From Octopus bimaculoides (taxonomy: Eukaryota), in contig NC_068989.1 of NCBI RefSeq assembly GCF_001194135.2, forward strand, positions 47,387,625 to 47,435,763: 48,139 nucleotides of DNA. Direction: 5' to 3'. A program made the translations under genes and the position numbers. Position 1 is the first letter of the stretch, and every line of letters starts with the position of its first letter. The notes under the pieces are model-generated. The model was not told where the DNA came from, did not search any database, and was given only the letters and a program-made list of their open reading frames with translations. Positions 1 to 11,085 of this stretch are shown one piece after another.

Positions 1-298
1 TTCAAAATACAAAGACCTGGAGATAGAGATAACTCGAATGTGGAATCTAAAAACAGAAACAATTCCTATCATAGTAGGTGCCTTAGGTATAATAAAAAAA
101 TATTCAGACAAATACATAACAAAAACACCAGGACTTACAAATATATATAACATACAGAAAATTGCACTACTGGGCACTGCACACATTCTACGCAAAACAC
201 TTTCAATACAGTAAACATAAGAGCACCACAGCAAACCACAGCACATACCCAAGGCGCACAGAGCTGCGCTCGGTAGTGAAGTGAAAGCACGTTATAAA
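1..298 (+). mobile_element. 3' end of an R4/Dong-type RLE non-LTR retrotransposon (family a), running off the window's left edge
   Basis: Frame 2 (2-214) reads SKYKDLEIEITRMWNLKTETIPIIVGALGIIKKYSDKYITKTPGLTNIYNIQKIALLGTAHILRKTLSIQ*, the C-terminal KY..L/IPIIVGALG/QK.ALLGTA.ILRK signature of RLE-clade LINEs. The 3' UTR (215-298) recurs at 19923-20020 and ~22611-22708. Confidence 0.85.
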
Positions 299-337
299 AC
301 AAAATTTGTCATATTAATATTATTGGCAATAATAATG

Positions 338-734
338 CTCTGAAGCAGTACCAGGTAGTGACTCTCATGGTTTCTCATCTTAACTGATTGGAAGTGCTAT
401 CATGTACATTGTTTTGTCTTGGTATAAAAAATGGGCTACAGCAGATATTCTGCTTAATACCACAGATTTGCTTGCCAGTTGCTTGACCATAACCAGTTGA
501 GCATGTCTCTTAGTGGTTAACGATATGTGCATCTCTGATCACGAGCAGAAGTAGTAGGGTAGCATCATGTGTTGAGATTATTTGGGGCTTGGATAATTCC
601 TCTTTAGAAACATGGGTGTTTGTTCAACTTCCTTAAACAACCGTTATTCAGGGATCTTTTGAGCGGGATGGGCTACTCGACTTGAAAAAAATTCTAACTG
701 GGTCCCACTTGCAAAGTCTTGCACTGTGTATCAA
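338..734. repeat. Unclassified ~400-bp interspersed repeat bracketed by TAA triplets
   Basis: Non-coding block that starts right after aataataat (~329-337) and ends at the (TAA)n array at 735. It resembles a high-copy octopus repeat as I recall it, unverified. No second copy in this window. Confidence 0.4.
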
Positions 735-773
735 AATAATAATGATAATAATAATAATAATAATAATAATAAT
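735..773 (+). repeat. (TAA)n microsatellite
   Basis: Direct sequence; it is also the (ATT)n tail of the adjacent minus-strand SINE. Confidence 0.95.
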
Positions 774-980
774 GGTTTCAAATATTGCCTCAAGGGCAGC
801 CATTTTGAGTGAGAGGATGATTCGATTACATCGACCCCAGTGTTCAACTGCTACTTAATTTATTGACCCTGAAAGGATGAAAGGCAAAGTAGACCTCGGC
901 GGAATTTGAACTCAGAACGCAGCGATGGGTAAAATACCGCTCAATATTTCGTCCAGCGTCCTAACTATTCTACTAGCTCT
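774..980 (-). mobile_element. tRNA-derived SINE, family A
   Basis: Minus strand has an A-box-like head (GAGCTAGTAGAATAGTTAG), B box GAGTTCAAATTCC, the body GCCTTTCATCCTTT..GGGTC..TAAATTAAGTA and ends TTTGAAACC+(ATT)n. Several homologous copies occur elsewhere in the window. Confidence 0.85.
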
Positions 981-985
981 CTGAC

Positions 986-1250
<265 letters not shown>

Positions 1251-1284
1251 TGACAACTCTAAGTGTAATACTAGAAAAAATTAG

Positions 1285-2095
1285 CCTACACACACCCAAA
1301 CACACGCACGCACACACACACACATACATACACACCCAAACACACGCACACATACACACCCAAACACACACACACATACACACACACACACACACACAAA
1401 ACAGAAATATCAATTATAAAAATAAGATTTCTATCTATAAATTTATTCTTTCGTTTCCTTCTTTTCTTTATTCTTGTTCCTCTTTTTCTTTTTCTTTTTT
1501 CTTCTTTTCTTTTCTGTTTTCTTAGCTTGAATTTAATTTCCTATTACGTCTATAGAACTGATTGTTGTTAAACGTGAGTTTGTACTGCTTAGAAATCTTA
1601 CCAAGATATTCTAAAACAATATATAAAGGTGTGTCTACACACACACATGTGTATATATATATGCGTGTGTGTGTGTGTATGTGTGTGTATACAAATACAA
1701 CACGCAAGCACACACGCGCACACACACACATACACACACGCAAACACACGCACTCAGACGTGTGCTTGTATCTTTGTGCGCATGTGCGCTCACAAAGAAC
1801 ATTTGGCAACTTCTTTTTGGTAAGACGTAACTTGTTGAATTTTCTGAAGGTTTGTTTCATGCAGACAATGCTTCAGGGAGACGTGATGTTTCTGCTGCTA
1901 CATCATTCTGAAAGCTATTAAGAAAATTATACATACACACTTACATACATAACCACATCCATATGTGTATAAATACGTACGTACATACATACATACATAC
2001 ACACACATATACACTCATATATATATGTGTGTGTGTGTGTGAGTGTGTATGTGAATATATATATATGTGTGTATATATGTATATATATAACTGTA

Positions 2096-2132
<37 letters not shown>

Positions 2133-2696
2133 NNNNNNNNNNNNNNNNNNNNNNNNNNNNNNNNNNNNNNNNNNNNNNNNNNNNNNNNNNNNNNNNNNNN
2201 NNNNNNNNNNNNNNNNNNNNNNNNNNNNNNNNNNNNNNNNNNNNNNNNNNNNNNNNNNNNNNNNNNNNNNNNNNNNNNNNNNNNNNNNNNNNNNNNNNNN
2301 NNNNNNNNNNNNNNNNNNNNNNNNNNNNNNNNNNNNNNNNNNNNNNNNNNNNNNNNNNNNNNNNNNNNNNNNNNNNNNNNNNNNNNNNNNNNNNNNNNNN
2401 NNNNNNNNNNNNNNNNNNNNNNNNNNNNNNNNNNNNNNNNNNNNNNNNNNNNNNNNNNNNNNNNNNNNNNNNNNNNNNNNNNNNNNNNNNNNNNNNNNNN
2501 NNNNNNNNNNNNNNNNNNNNNNNNNNNNNNNNNNNNNNNNNNNNNNNNNNNNNNNNNNNNNNNNNNNNNNNNNNNNNNNNNNNNNNNNNNNNNNNNNNNN
2601 NNNNNNNNNNNNNNNNNNNNNNNNNNNNNNNNNNNNNNNNNNNNNNNNNNNNNNNNNNNNNNNNNNNNNNNNNNNNNNNNNNNNNNNTGCGTATAC

Positions 2697-2732
<36 letters not shown>

Positions 2733-2760
2733 GTATTTATGAAACATTTCGGATATATTA
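1285..2760. repeat. Mixed (CA)n/(TG)n/(TA)n/(TACA)n microsatellite field including an N gap (2133-2687)
   Basis: Direct sequence. Confidence 0.9.
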
Positions 2761-3093
2761 GTACAAACTTGCGTACAAGTAAACCTGTCACTGGAGTACT
2801 ATAGTAAGTGTGCTTTCTATATATGTAAATGTGTCTGCATGTATATATGTTTATATATAAACGTGTGTGTATGTATATATGTATACATGTAAATATGTGT
2901 TTGTGTGTGTGTATGCAAATGTGACTCTATATGGGTGTGTGTGTGTTTGCTTGTGTGTTTCCGCGTGTCTGTGTATGTATGTCTGTATGTGTTTCAAAGA
3001 ACAAATATACAACATATTCGTATAACAAAGAAATTAAGACAGAGGGTGGAGACAAAATAGCAAAGATAAAGGGAGAGAGAGGGNNNNNNNNNN

Positions 3094-3138
<45 letters not shown>

Positions 3139-3697
3139 AGGGGAGAGAAAGAAAGAGGAAGAAGGAGGAAGGAGGGTATGTAGGCCTTATGTTATATTCA
3201 TACATATAGAACGTCTCTTGCGATATCCGCATCATATTGTTTCACATCACACATTGGTATCTATGAAATCAAAGATAGTCTGGCCTATTGATCAAAGCTT
3301 CCTTCCTATCCAACAACGACTAACAGCAACGTAGCAATATACTTAAACATATTATTTTAGAATCTTTTCTGAACATATATTGTCAGTGCGTACTAAACAA
3401 TGACATATATATATACATATATANNNNNNNNNNNNNNTATATATATATATATATATCGTACATACATACATGCATATACATATATACATACATACATATA
3501 TGTATACACACACACACACACACACATACACACATATGTTTATATATATACACACACACATTTATATATACAGGGCTTGGACAAAATAATGGAAACACCC
3601 AGCATCATAGGATCATAATTTTGAAATGTCTATAAAACCGTGCAAAGCTTATTTATTTTTATGTTTTTTTAAATTTATTATTAGTGTTGCTTAATAT

Positions 3698-4133
3698 TGT
3701 TGTATTTGGGGATGGTCATGTTGCCAGTTTAGCCAATAAAAACACACGCACTATATATTTGGTGTTAATTTGCTTCAGCTTTATTTTACATTAAACGAAC
3801 GTGTATAAACAGGGGATACAGAAAATACAGGCACTCCCCATACACACACATGCACTTACTAAACATAGACACACATAGGGCGATACGCATGCGCAAATAA
3901 AACATATACAATAGGAATACAAAACACAAAATGGCTAATCGTTAGTAAGGAAAGACACACTAATAAGAAAGAAGAAAGCAAAGGACCACTGATGAGGTCA
4001 CAGACGTGTGACGAAAGAACTCTGGCCGAAATACGATTAATGTAAAATAAAGCTGAAGCAAATTAACACCAAGTATATAGTGCGTGTGTTTTTATTGGCT
4101 AAACTGTCAATATGACCATCCCCAAATACAACA
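3698..4133 (+). mobile_element. Non-autonomous fold-back element with ~100-bp TIRs, TG...CA termini and a putative ATAT TSD, carrying a hammerhead ribozyme fold
   Basis: 3694-3797 is the reverse complement of 4034-4137 with 4 mismatches in 104 nt. ATAT lies at 3694-3697 and 4134-4137. Removing the element rejoins the Tc1 5' region as GTGTTGCTTAATATCTGTTTCAACAC. Confidence 0.85.
3983..4027 (+). ncRNA. Minimal type I hammerhead ribozyme (Penelope-type), predicted cleavage after C4022
   Basis: CTGATGA core at 3989-3995, one extra G, stem II GTCACA/TGTGAC with GACG loop, GAAA 4013-4016, vestigial stem III AG-AA-CT, CUC cleavage triplet. Stem I GGACCA/TGGCC gives 3 bp, an A.C mismatch, then 1 bp. 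Confidence 0.65.
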
Positions 4134-4907
4134 ATATCTGTTTCAACACACGATTTCACATCAAGAATCTTGCAAAACGAATATATAAACGTTGCTTAAT
4201 ATGTTTTGCTAAAATTCCTGTTTCTTTTCAGATATCACCAGCAAATGGTAATTAAAATTCAGTAAAATGACAGATCTATTGGACTTTCAAAGAAGCTAAA
4301 TTGTTGGTGCTCGTATGGCAGGCGCTAGTGTGACGAAAACAGCCGAAATGTTTGGTGTATCAAGATGTACCGTCTTGAAAGTANNNNNNNNNNNNNNNNN
4401 NNNNNNNNNNNNNNNNNNNNNNNNNNNNNNNNNNNNNNNNNNNNNNNNNNNNNNNNNNNNNNNNNNNNNNNNNNNNNNNNNNNNNNNNNNNNNNNNNNNN
4501 NNNNNNNNNNNNNNNNNNNNNNNNNNNNNNNNNNNNNNNNNNNNNNNNNNNNNNNNNNNNNNNNNNNNNNNNNNNNNNNNNNNNNNNNNNNNNNNNNNNN
4601 NNNNNNNNNNNNNNNNNNNNNNNNNNNNNNNNNNNNNNNNNNNNNNNNNNNNNNNNNNNNNNNNNNNNNNNNNNNNNNNNNNNNNNNNNNNNNNNNNNNN
4701 NNNNNNNNNNNNNNNNNNNNNNNNNNNNNNNNNNNNNNNNNNNNNNNNNNNNNNNNNNNNNNNNNNNNNNNNNNNNNNNNNNNNNNNNNNNNNNNNNNNN
4801 NNNNNNNNNNNNNNNNNNNNNNNTACCATATTTCCAAGAACTGGCCGAGTATACGTGTGGAGTCAGCCAAAAGAAGCATTTGACTCCGACTGCATTCTTC
4901 CATCTGT

Positions 4908-4979
4908 TAAACATGGAGGAGGATCTGTGATGATCTGGTGGGGTAAACATGGAGGAGGATCTGTGATGATCTGGTGGGG
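4908..4979 (+). repeat. Perfect 36-bp tandem duplication inside the Tc1 transposase
   Basis: TAAACATGGAGGAGGATCTGTGATGATCTGGTGGGG at 4908-4943 and 4944-4979, giving KHGGGSVMIWWG twice. Confidence 0.95.
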
Positions 4980-5006
4980 CGGCGGCTATATCTTTGAAAT
5001 GCGTAT

Positions 5007-5064
5007 ATTCCACTGATGAGGCAAAGCATTTTTTATGCAGAGCCAGAAATCCGGGATCTGGAAT
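5007..5064 (+). ncRNA. Second hammerhead-ribozyme-like fold with a 1-nt insertion before GAAA, predicted cleavage after C5058
   Basis: Stem I ATTCCA(5007-5012)/TGGAAT(5059-5064) is perfect. CTGATGA 5013-5019; stem II GGC..GCAT/ATGC..GCC; extra A5045; GAAA 5046-5049; stem III ATCC-G-GGAT; AUC triplet. Confidence 0.55.
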
Positions 5065-6266
5065 TATCCAATAATTTTTGCTAGTTTATTTTGTCACTTC
5101 GTCTACTCTCCCGGTGCTATATGAACATTTATTGTGGTTTTAGAGTCAAGCTTTGACTGCTATTTTCAGCATTGTGGTGTCTCTTAGATACCCTAAATTA
5201 TAATTTTATTTAAATATATACATACACACATATATATATATATGTTTGTATGCATATAAGTATGTATGTATTCATATATGTATGTAGGTGTATGTATGTA
5301 TATGTATGCATGCATGTATGTATGTATGTATGTATACATGCATGTATGTATGTATGTATGTATGTAATTGATGTACCGAAAGGCGATGTTGCATTTCATA
5401 TCCGATTAAAACATATTGGAAATACATCTCGTCCTACACTATATAATCGCCATCGTTAGCAGTAACATGATGCAAAAATATCAGGTTCATTAGAAGAGGA
5501 AAACGTTTGGAGTGCCGATTTGACATCGTTCTTGTATCTAAATGATTATCTACAAGTAAATTTTTCAGGTGAACTGAATAGAGGAGACATTTACAAATGT
5601 GAGTGAATCTACAGAGAACAATAAATGTAAGAAGCAGTAGCTTTCGCCAAATGAATGACGAGTTTGAACACCCAAACCAGATCTACAGTGAAAGAAAGTT
5701 TTGTTCTGGGTTGGAGGAATACAATAAGTGTTTTTCATTTTGAATTATCGGAATAAGGTAGCGGCATCACCACACAACTTTATCATCAGCAGCTTGAATG
5801 CTTCAGCCATGTTCAGCTCAAAAATCAACCAGCTCATGTCAACAGAAAAGGAGTCATCCTGCAACATGGTAACGAAAAGCTGCATTCAGCGAAGAAAACC
5901 CAAAAAAGATAAAATCTCTACACTGGGAAAATCTGCCCCACCCTCACTACTCAGCAGACCTAGCAACATCAGATTCGTTCAGCAGTCTTGTTGTTGTTCC
6001 CAGGTTTGAAAAAGATTTGATTGATTTAACTTCTATTTCTAACAGTGCGATTGTCTATGCAAGTTCCCGCTTTAGCAGAGCTGAGATAACTCGGATTCCT
6101 TCTGTTTTTTTGTTGGGTTCATATAATATAACGCAAACTACTGGCTGTAGATGCATAGTAATTTGGTGATCAAATTTTGTAAATGTATTTCCAGTGTAAC
6201 AGCTACAATCATCAGAAAGATCTCGTCAGGAAATCTTGCTACTGTTACCATATAACACAGAACTAT

Positions 6267-6312
6267 CTGATTTATGGTCTGGTGATCGCTGATTTATGGT
6301 CTGGTGGTCGCT
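6267..6312 (+). repeat. 22-bp tandem duplication (CTGATTTATGGTCTGGTG[A/G]TCG x2)
   Basis: Direct sequence. Confidence 0.85.
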
Positions 6313-7090
6313 GCCTGAAGCAGCTCCTTCACCTGGCATACCAGGTGAGGTATGTCCTGCGAGACTGAAAACAAGAAGGTTTGAGCTCACTGGAATCAGG
6401 TGCCATACACACGAGTGGGGTCTCGTGAAGTACAACCTGCACGTGGGTTGGTTAGTAAACCATGCATCTGGTCCAAGACCATGACTACGAAAACTACAAT
6501 GAAAGACATTGCTATGTTTTCAAATTGGAGTCGACGTTGACGAGTGATGCAGCGTAGAGCGAGAAGACAGCCATTGCGCTCATAACTTTCATATTCGCAT
6601 CCGAATATCTAAATTTCTTTCATCATGTGAGGTTTATTCACCATTTTCTACTTTATCGTCGACAAGACTTTTAATCTTTTGTGTTTCTTTTTGTAATGTA
6701 TTATCATTGCTTAGTTCATGATTAAACATAATGCATGTTATATTATTCAGCTGGATGTTGTTGCTTTACTTTATAATGCATTCATCTATTTTGGTGTCAA
6801 ATGTATTTGTTTTGTATAATCTATTTTATGTATGGGTTCTTTGTTTTACTCTTTGTTAAATCTATTGTATTTATTATTTTGAATTTTTTTTCTCCTGTAT
6901 TGTTGTTTAATTTAGATTTCTAAATTATTTGAATACTTCTTGGTAATTAGCATTTCTTTTATTTGATTAATGTATTTAGTTGTACAGAAGCTAATGATTC
7001 TTCTGAGTATGCGATATTAAAACTGATATGCTCTTCGACGCTTCCTCTTTCCTTTCCTTACTCGTTGTCGCTAATTCTCTCTCTCTCTCT

Positions 7091-7140
<50 letters not shown>

Positions 7141-10100
7141 TTCAATCTCTCTTTCTCTCTATATATGTTTTACAAACTGTTTTCTTTAACTGTGTTTGAG
7201 AAAACATGAATGCATGTTATTTAATTTAATATCTTGCTCCATATTTTATAGATGATAGCTAAGTATCTGAGAGTGATTTAGCTGTTATGTCTAAGAATTC
7301 GAATATCCTGATGTTCAGTATCATACTTCTGATGAACCTATACAAAATACTGAAATGTCTCAGAACGATATCTTTCCATCTGGTGGCAGTAAATATATTT
7401 TTCATTTAATATGCTGTGTGCAAAGTTATAATTATACTTAATGATTCTCTCCTTTCTATATTTCGAAGTGCGGTGAGGTATACTATTCAGTGTGGAGGTT
7501 TAATGTGATTGAAACATGTCCAAAGTAGCTTTTTACTCTTGCTAAAAGTATTAAAATGATATCAGTCGTTGAGCTAATGTCTCTCCCTCACCGCATAAGT
7601 ATTAGTAAGTAAAATGACTGCTTCTTTCGTGCTTTTCGGTCTGCATTGTTCCTGTTCTCTCCATCAGTGAGGCTATGAAGGGGAAAGACCATGATGAGCT
7701 GGTACAGACTGATATAAATGCCATAACCGTGAAGAGAATACAAAAATATATTGGGAGGCCTCGTATCCAGCAATCCATCAATCCAGCTAACTTGTCACCC
7801 AAATTCTTTTACTTTAGTTAAATAAACGTGGGAAAATGAAAGACAACGTCTAGTAAGCCTACTTTTGCAATTCACATGTGAAGAATATATTTCGCAACTG
7901 TGATTACAGTGTTTATTAGGTATGTAATCCATTGATGGTAACTAGTAAGAAGTACACCGGTAAAGCTAATAAAGTCTCAATTACTATATTTGGTTTACCG
8001 TGATTCTACATCGATGTTGCCTCGCACAAAATTTCTAAGAAAAACTATCACCGAGATGGATACCGTTTTTTAGGTATCAATTTAATTATTTAGTTGGCAA
8101 TAATCTTCTATGTCACTCACTACAGAATGACAACTAAGCAACGAAGACGGAGATAGATGATTAGTTACAAGCTATAACTTTTTGAATATGTCAAACATTT
8201 CAGCAAACGTTTATCTTTCTATCCCTCTTCAACGCTCGCTATTCCTGAGAAGGCTGTCTTATCAGAAGCAACCATTAGACCTTCCGGTTGAATTCTTGGA
8301 CGTGTCTACCTGAAACTATGGCTATTATTCAACAATCTCATTCTTGGTCTAACCCTAGATCTCCTGCCAGAGCCGGTCTTGATATTCTAAGCACATAGCC
8401 TTAGTACCAGGGCTTGACCTTTCAACGCTGAGTAGTAGCGGTTCGACCTGGAGCAATACCCAGATTCCTGAGCTACATACTCTATCGAGTAACATTCAAA
8501 TGAGCTATAACATGGGTAGTCCATTAATCCAACAAAAACCTGATTTGCGAATAGAGAAAACGAAGGGAAGCTTCAAAGAAGATGAACCCATTCTTCCATT
8601 TAATAAATAAATAAGATTATAATGAGCTATAAAATTCTATATTCACAACCCGCAAAGTATAAGGTAAATTGTCTCAACAAATATAATGTAAAAGGCTCGG
8701 AAATTGGCAGAGAAATATAATCTTAAAACAAACGTTTCATGAAAATGAAAGGCTTAAACATGAGTATAAAAACTAGGATTGCATAAAAGCGATCTGAAAA
8801 AATATAAAGAAAGATTTCGGAGATTCAGTGCTATAAATGACAAGAAGGGAATAAACGATAAACGAAGATAGATAATTAGTATGGTTGAATTGTTGTTAAC
8901 ATTCAAGATGTCTTCAAACAAATATTGTTACATATGAAGATACAATCGGTAACTAAAAAACAACTTGGCATGAAAAGAAAAAAATACCCTACTATACAAT
9001 TGTTTTGACTTGTACAGATAACACAAGGCTTCTGATTTCGTAAATGCTTAAAAAAAAAAAAGGAAAATATACCAAGAAATTATCTCGCCTGGTGTTTTGT
9101 TCACGTACATCAGAAGGGGTTGCTAGAGGAAGACAGTATGAAATTAGTGTCGGAAAAAATATGGTTATAACGTACAGCTGACCTATTTCAGAAACAGTAT
9201 TTCCAGCATGTAATAACAATTCCAATAGTAAAAAAGTGAAGCAAAAAGTAAAATTCTTCAACAGTTATAATCTAAGCAGCCAATAAGTAATTTTCGACTG
9301 TTTTCAGTTGCAGATACAATCACTAGACATTTCAGTCAACAAGCCATTCAAATGCTATATGCGAGAGGAGTGATAAAAGGGAATGATTATTGGGAATTTA
9401 GTAAACTCAACAGAACGACTGAAGTGAAAAATCAAGGCACAGGTATGTCAGAAGGGTAACTCATCACCAGTAACTGTGAGAGTAGAAAAACTTATCAAGA
9501 CATTGAAAAAAGCTGTCTTCCACTGACTCTTTCTGTGACACTCGCATTCTCTATCAGACTATATTGAGTGGAGCGCCAGTAGTCGAAAGTAGACACTACT
9601 TCTAGAGGCCTGAACGAGTAACTGGAATGTAGCGAACCTCGTAGACAGTTCAAAGTGAAAATGTCGATGTATTAAAATTTGTGAAGGTACAAATATTTTA
9701 ATTTAAGTTAGATATCTTTACCAAATAAATATTTCATATATTCAATAATGTCCAAAAACAGTTTCACTACTATTCGCAACATCTGTTAATCACCTGAGTT
9801 CGATATGTCAGCCGAAACGTTCTCTATACCAGAGAACACGGGTGATATTTGCGAAGTGCGGGTGTCGTCGATTGATTATGTCTCAACGATTCTTGATCGA
9901 TATCAATATGGCAAGAATGTATAAGATGTACCAGAATACAAAATAAGAAAAAATCAAATAGGACTTAAAATGAGCCCCCCTACTTGTTCATAAACAACAT
10001 TACCTTTTGTATCGCAATGCATTTGGTATTGTGATTTCTGTTGATGCCAATTCGTTTTAGGAGAGGCTTGACAGAGAGGACTTTTAAAGAAAAGTTTACC

Positions 10101-10384
10101 CTGCATGATTTTATGTATGGCGGGTATTGTTTTGGACGTAGGTCATGCAGGAACGAACTTATTCGATATGACCTTCCACTTTTGTTATATTGGGATGTGA
10201 TGAGACGGAGATTTGACAGCCATCACTGGCAGCTCTTTTATAATGACTCACTTGGAGATTCTCATCTTGTTTCGATTTTAATTTCGTTAAGTTGATTTTA
10301 TTTAATCTGCAATTTATCCTATTTGCAAAACATTAAAATACCCCAGACCTAGTTCACGAAATATTTTATCTGTACTACCGGTAG

Positions 10385-11085
10385 CTTTCCAAATTATTCA
10401 CTCTATAGATCAACAAACTATATCTCGAACCCTGAGTTATCTCTTGATCCCCAAACAAACTATAGATAACCAAGCATCAGTAAATGATGAAACTAAACTA
10501 TCTGCATATCACCAACTCATTCTATCAACAAATAATAAAACTGTTTTCTTTGTAGATTTCCAAATTATTCCATCTGTAAATCAACAAACAACTATCTCTA
10601 TATTAACAAATCCGTCAATCTATAGATTAGCAAACCATTCTAACTGTATCACGACATTATTCCATTTGTAAACCACCAAACTCTATCTCGAAAGCACCAA
10701 ATTATTCTCTCTGTAGAACATTAAACTATACAATATCACATTTGCCAATAGATCTTTGATCAAAAACTAACTTTACATTACTAAACATCTGTAGGTCATC
10801 AAAGTATTCTATATCTAGATCAGTGTATTATTCGATCTATATTTTACCAAGCTCTTCTCATTATAAATCACCGTGCAGTGTTATATTAAGATCACCAAAT
10901 TATTTGTAGCCGTCCTATCCATTATGCCCATTGCTGTCTAAATCACGCTATCTCTGGATCACCAAGCCACTCAGTGTATAGGTAACTAAATTATTTCCAG
11001 GCCACAAAACTATTCTCTTCTATCTGAAGTTCACCAAACTAATCTACTGCTGATCATTAAATTAGTCTACGAATCAAGAGATCCA
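10385..11085 (+). repeat. Highly degenerate minisatellite, consensus approximately GATCACCAAACTATTCTCT(A/C)TA, period ~20-25 bp
   Basis: Recurring variants such as ttccaaattattcactctatagatcaacaaacta, accaccaaactctatc, gcaccaaattattctctctgtaga, gatcaccaaattattt, gatcaccaagccac and ttcaccaaactaatc. Confidence 0.7.

Larger units (their letters stand above)
3571..4995 (+). mobile_element. Defective Tc1-family DNA transposon (5' TIR plus partial transposase pseudogene), interrupted by a nested element and an N gap
   Basis: TA followed by CAGGGCTTGGACAAAATAATGGAAACACC (Tc1-type TIR). From ATG 4267: MTDLLDFQRS*IVGARMAGASVTKTAEMFGVSRCTVLKV (paired-like HTH, in-frame stop 4297-4299). After the gap: FPRTGRVYVWSQPKEAFDSDCILPSVKHGGGSVMIW (Tc1 KHGGGSVM.W motif). 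No right TIR found. Confidence 0.9.

Noticed and set aside
6185-6235. Minus-strand CTGACGA/CTGATGA..GGAAA
   Set aside because: No stem I and no properly placed cleavage triplet.
5700-6500. GC-richer stretch with short ORFs on both strands
   Set aside because: No recognisable domain in any frame; probably an old TE relic that I cannot classify.
7322-7365. CTGATGA...CTGAAATGTC motif
   Set aside because: No credible stem I or stem II pairing.
9789-9846. Hammerhead-like arrangement ATCAC-CTGAG..CCGAAAC-hairpin-GTGAT
   Set aside because: The core reads CTGAGTT rather than CTGANGA and there is no NUH triplet (ACGG instead); at best a dead relic.
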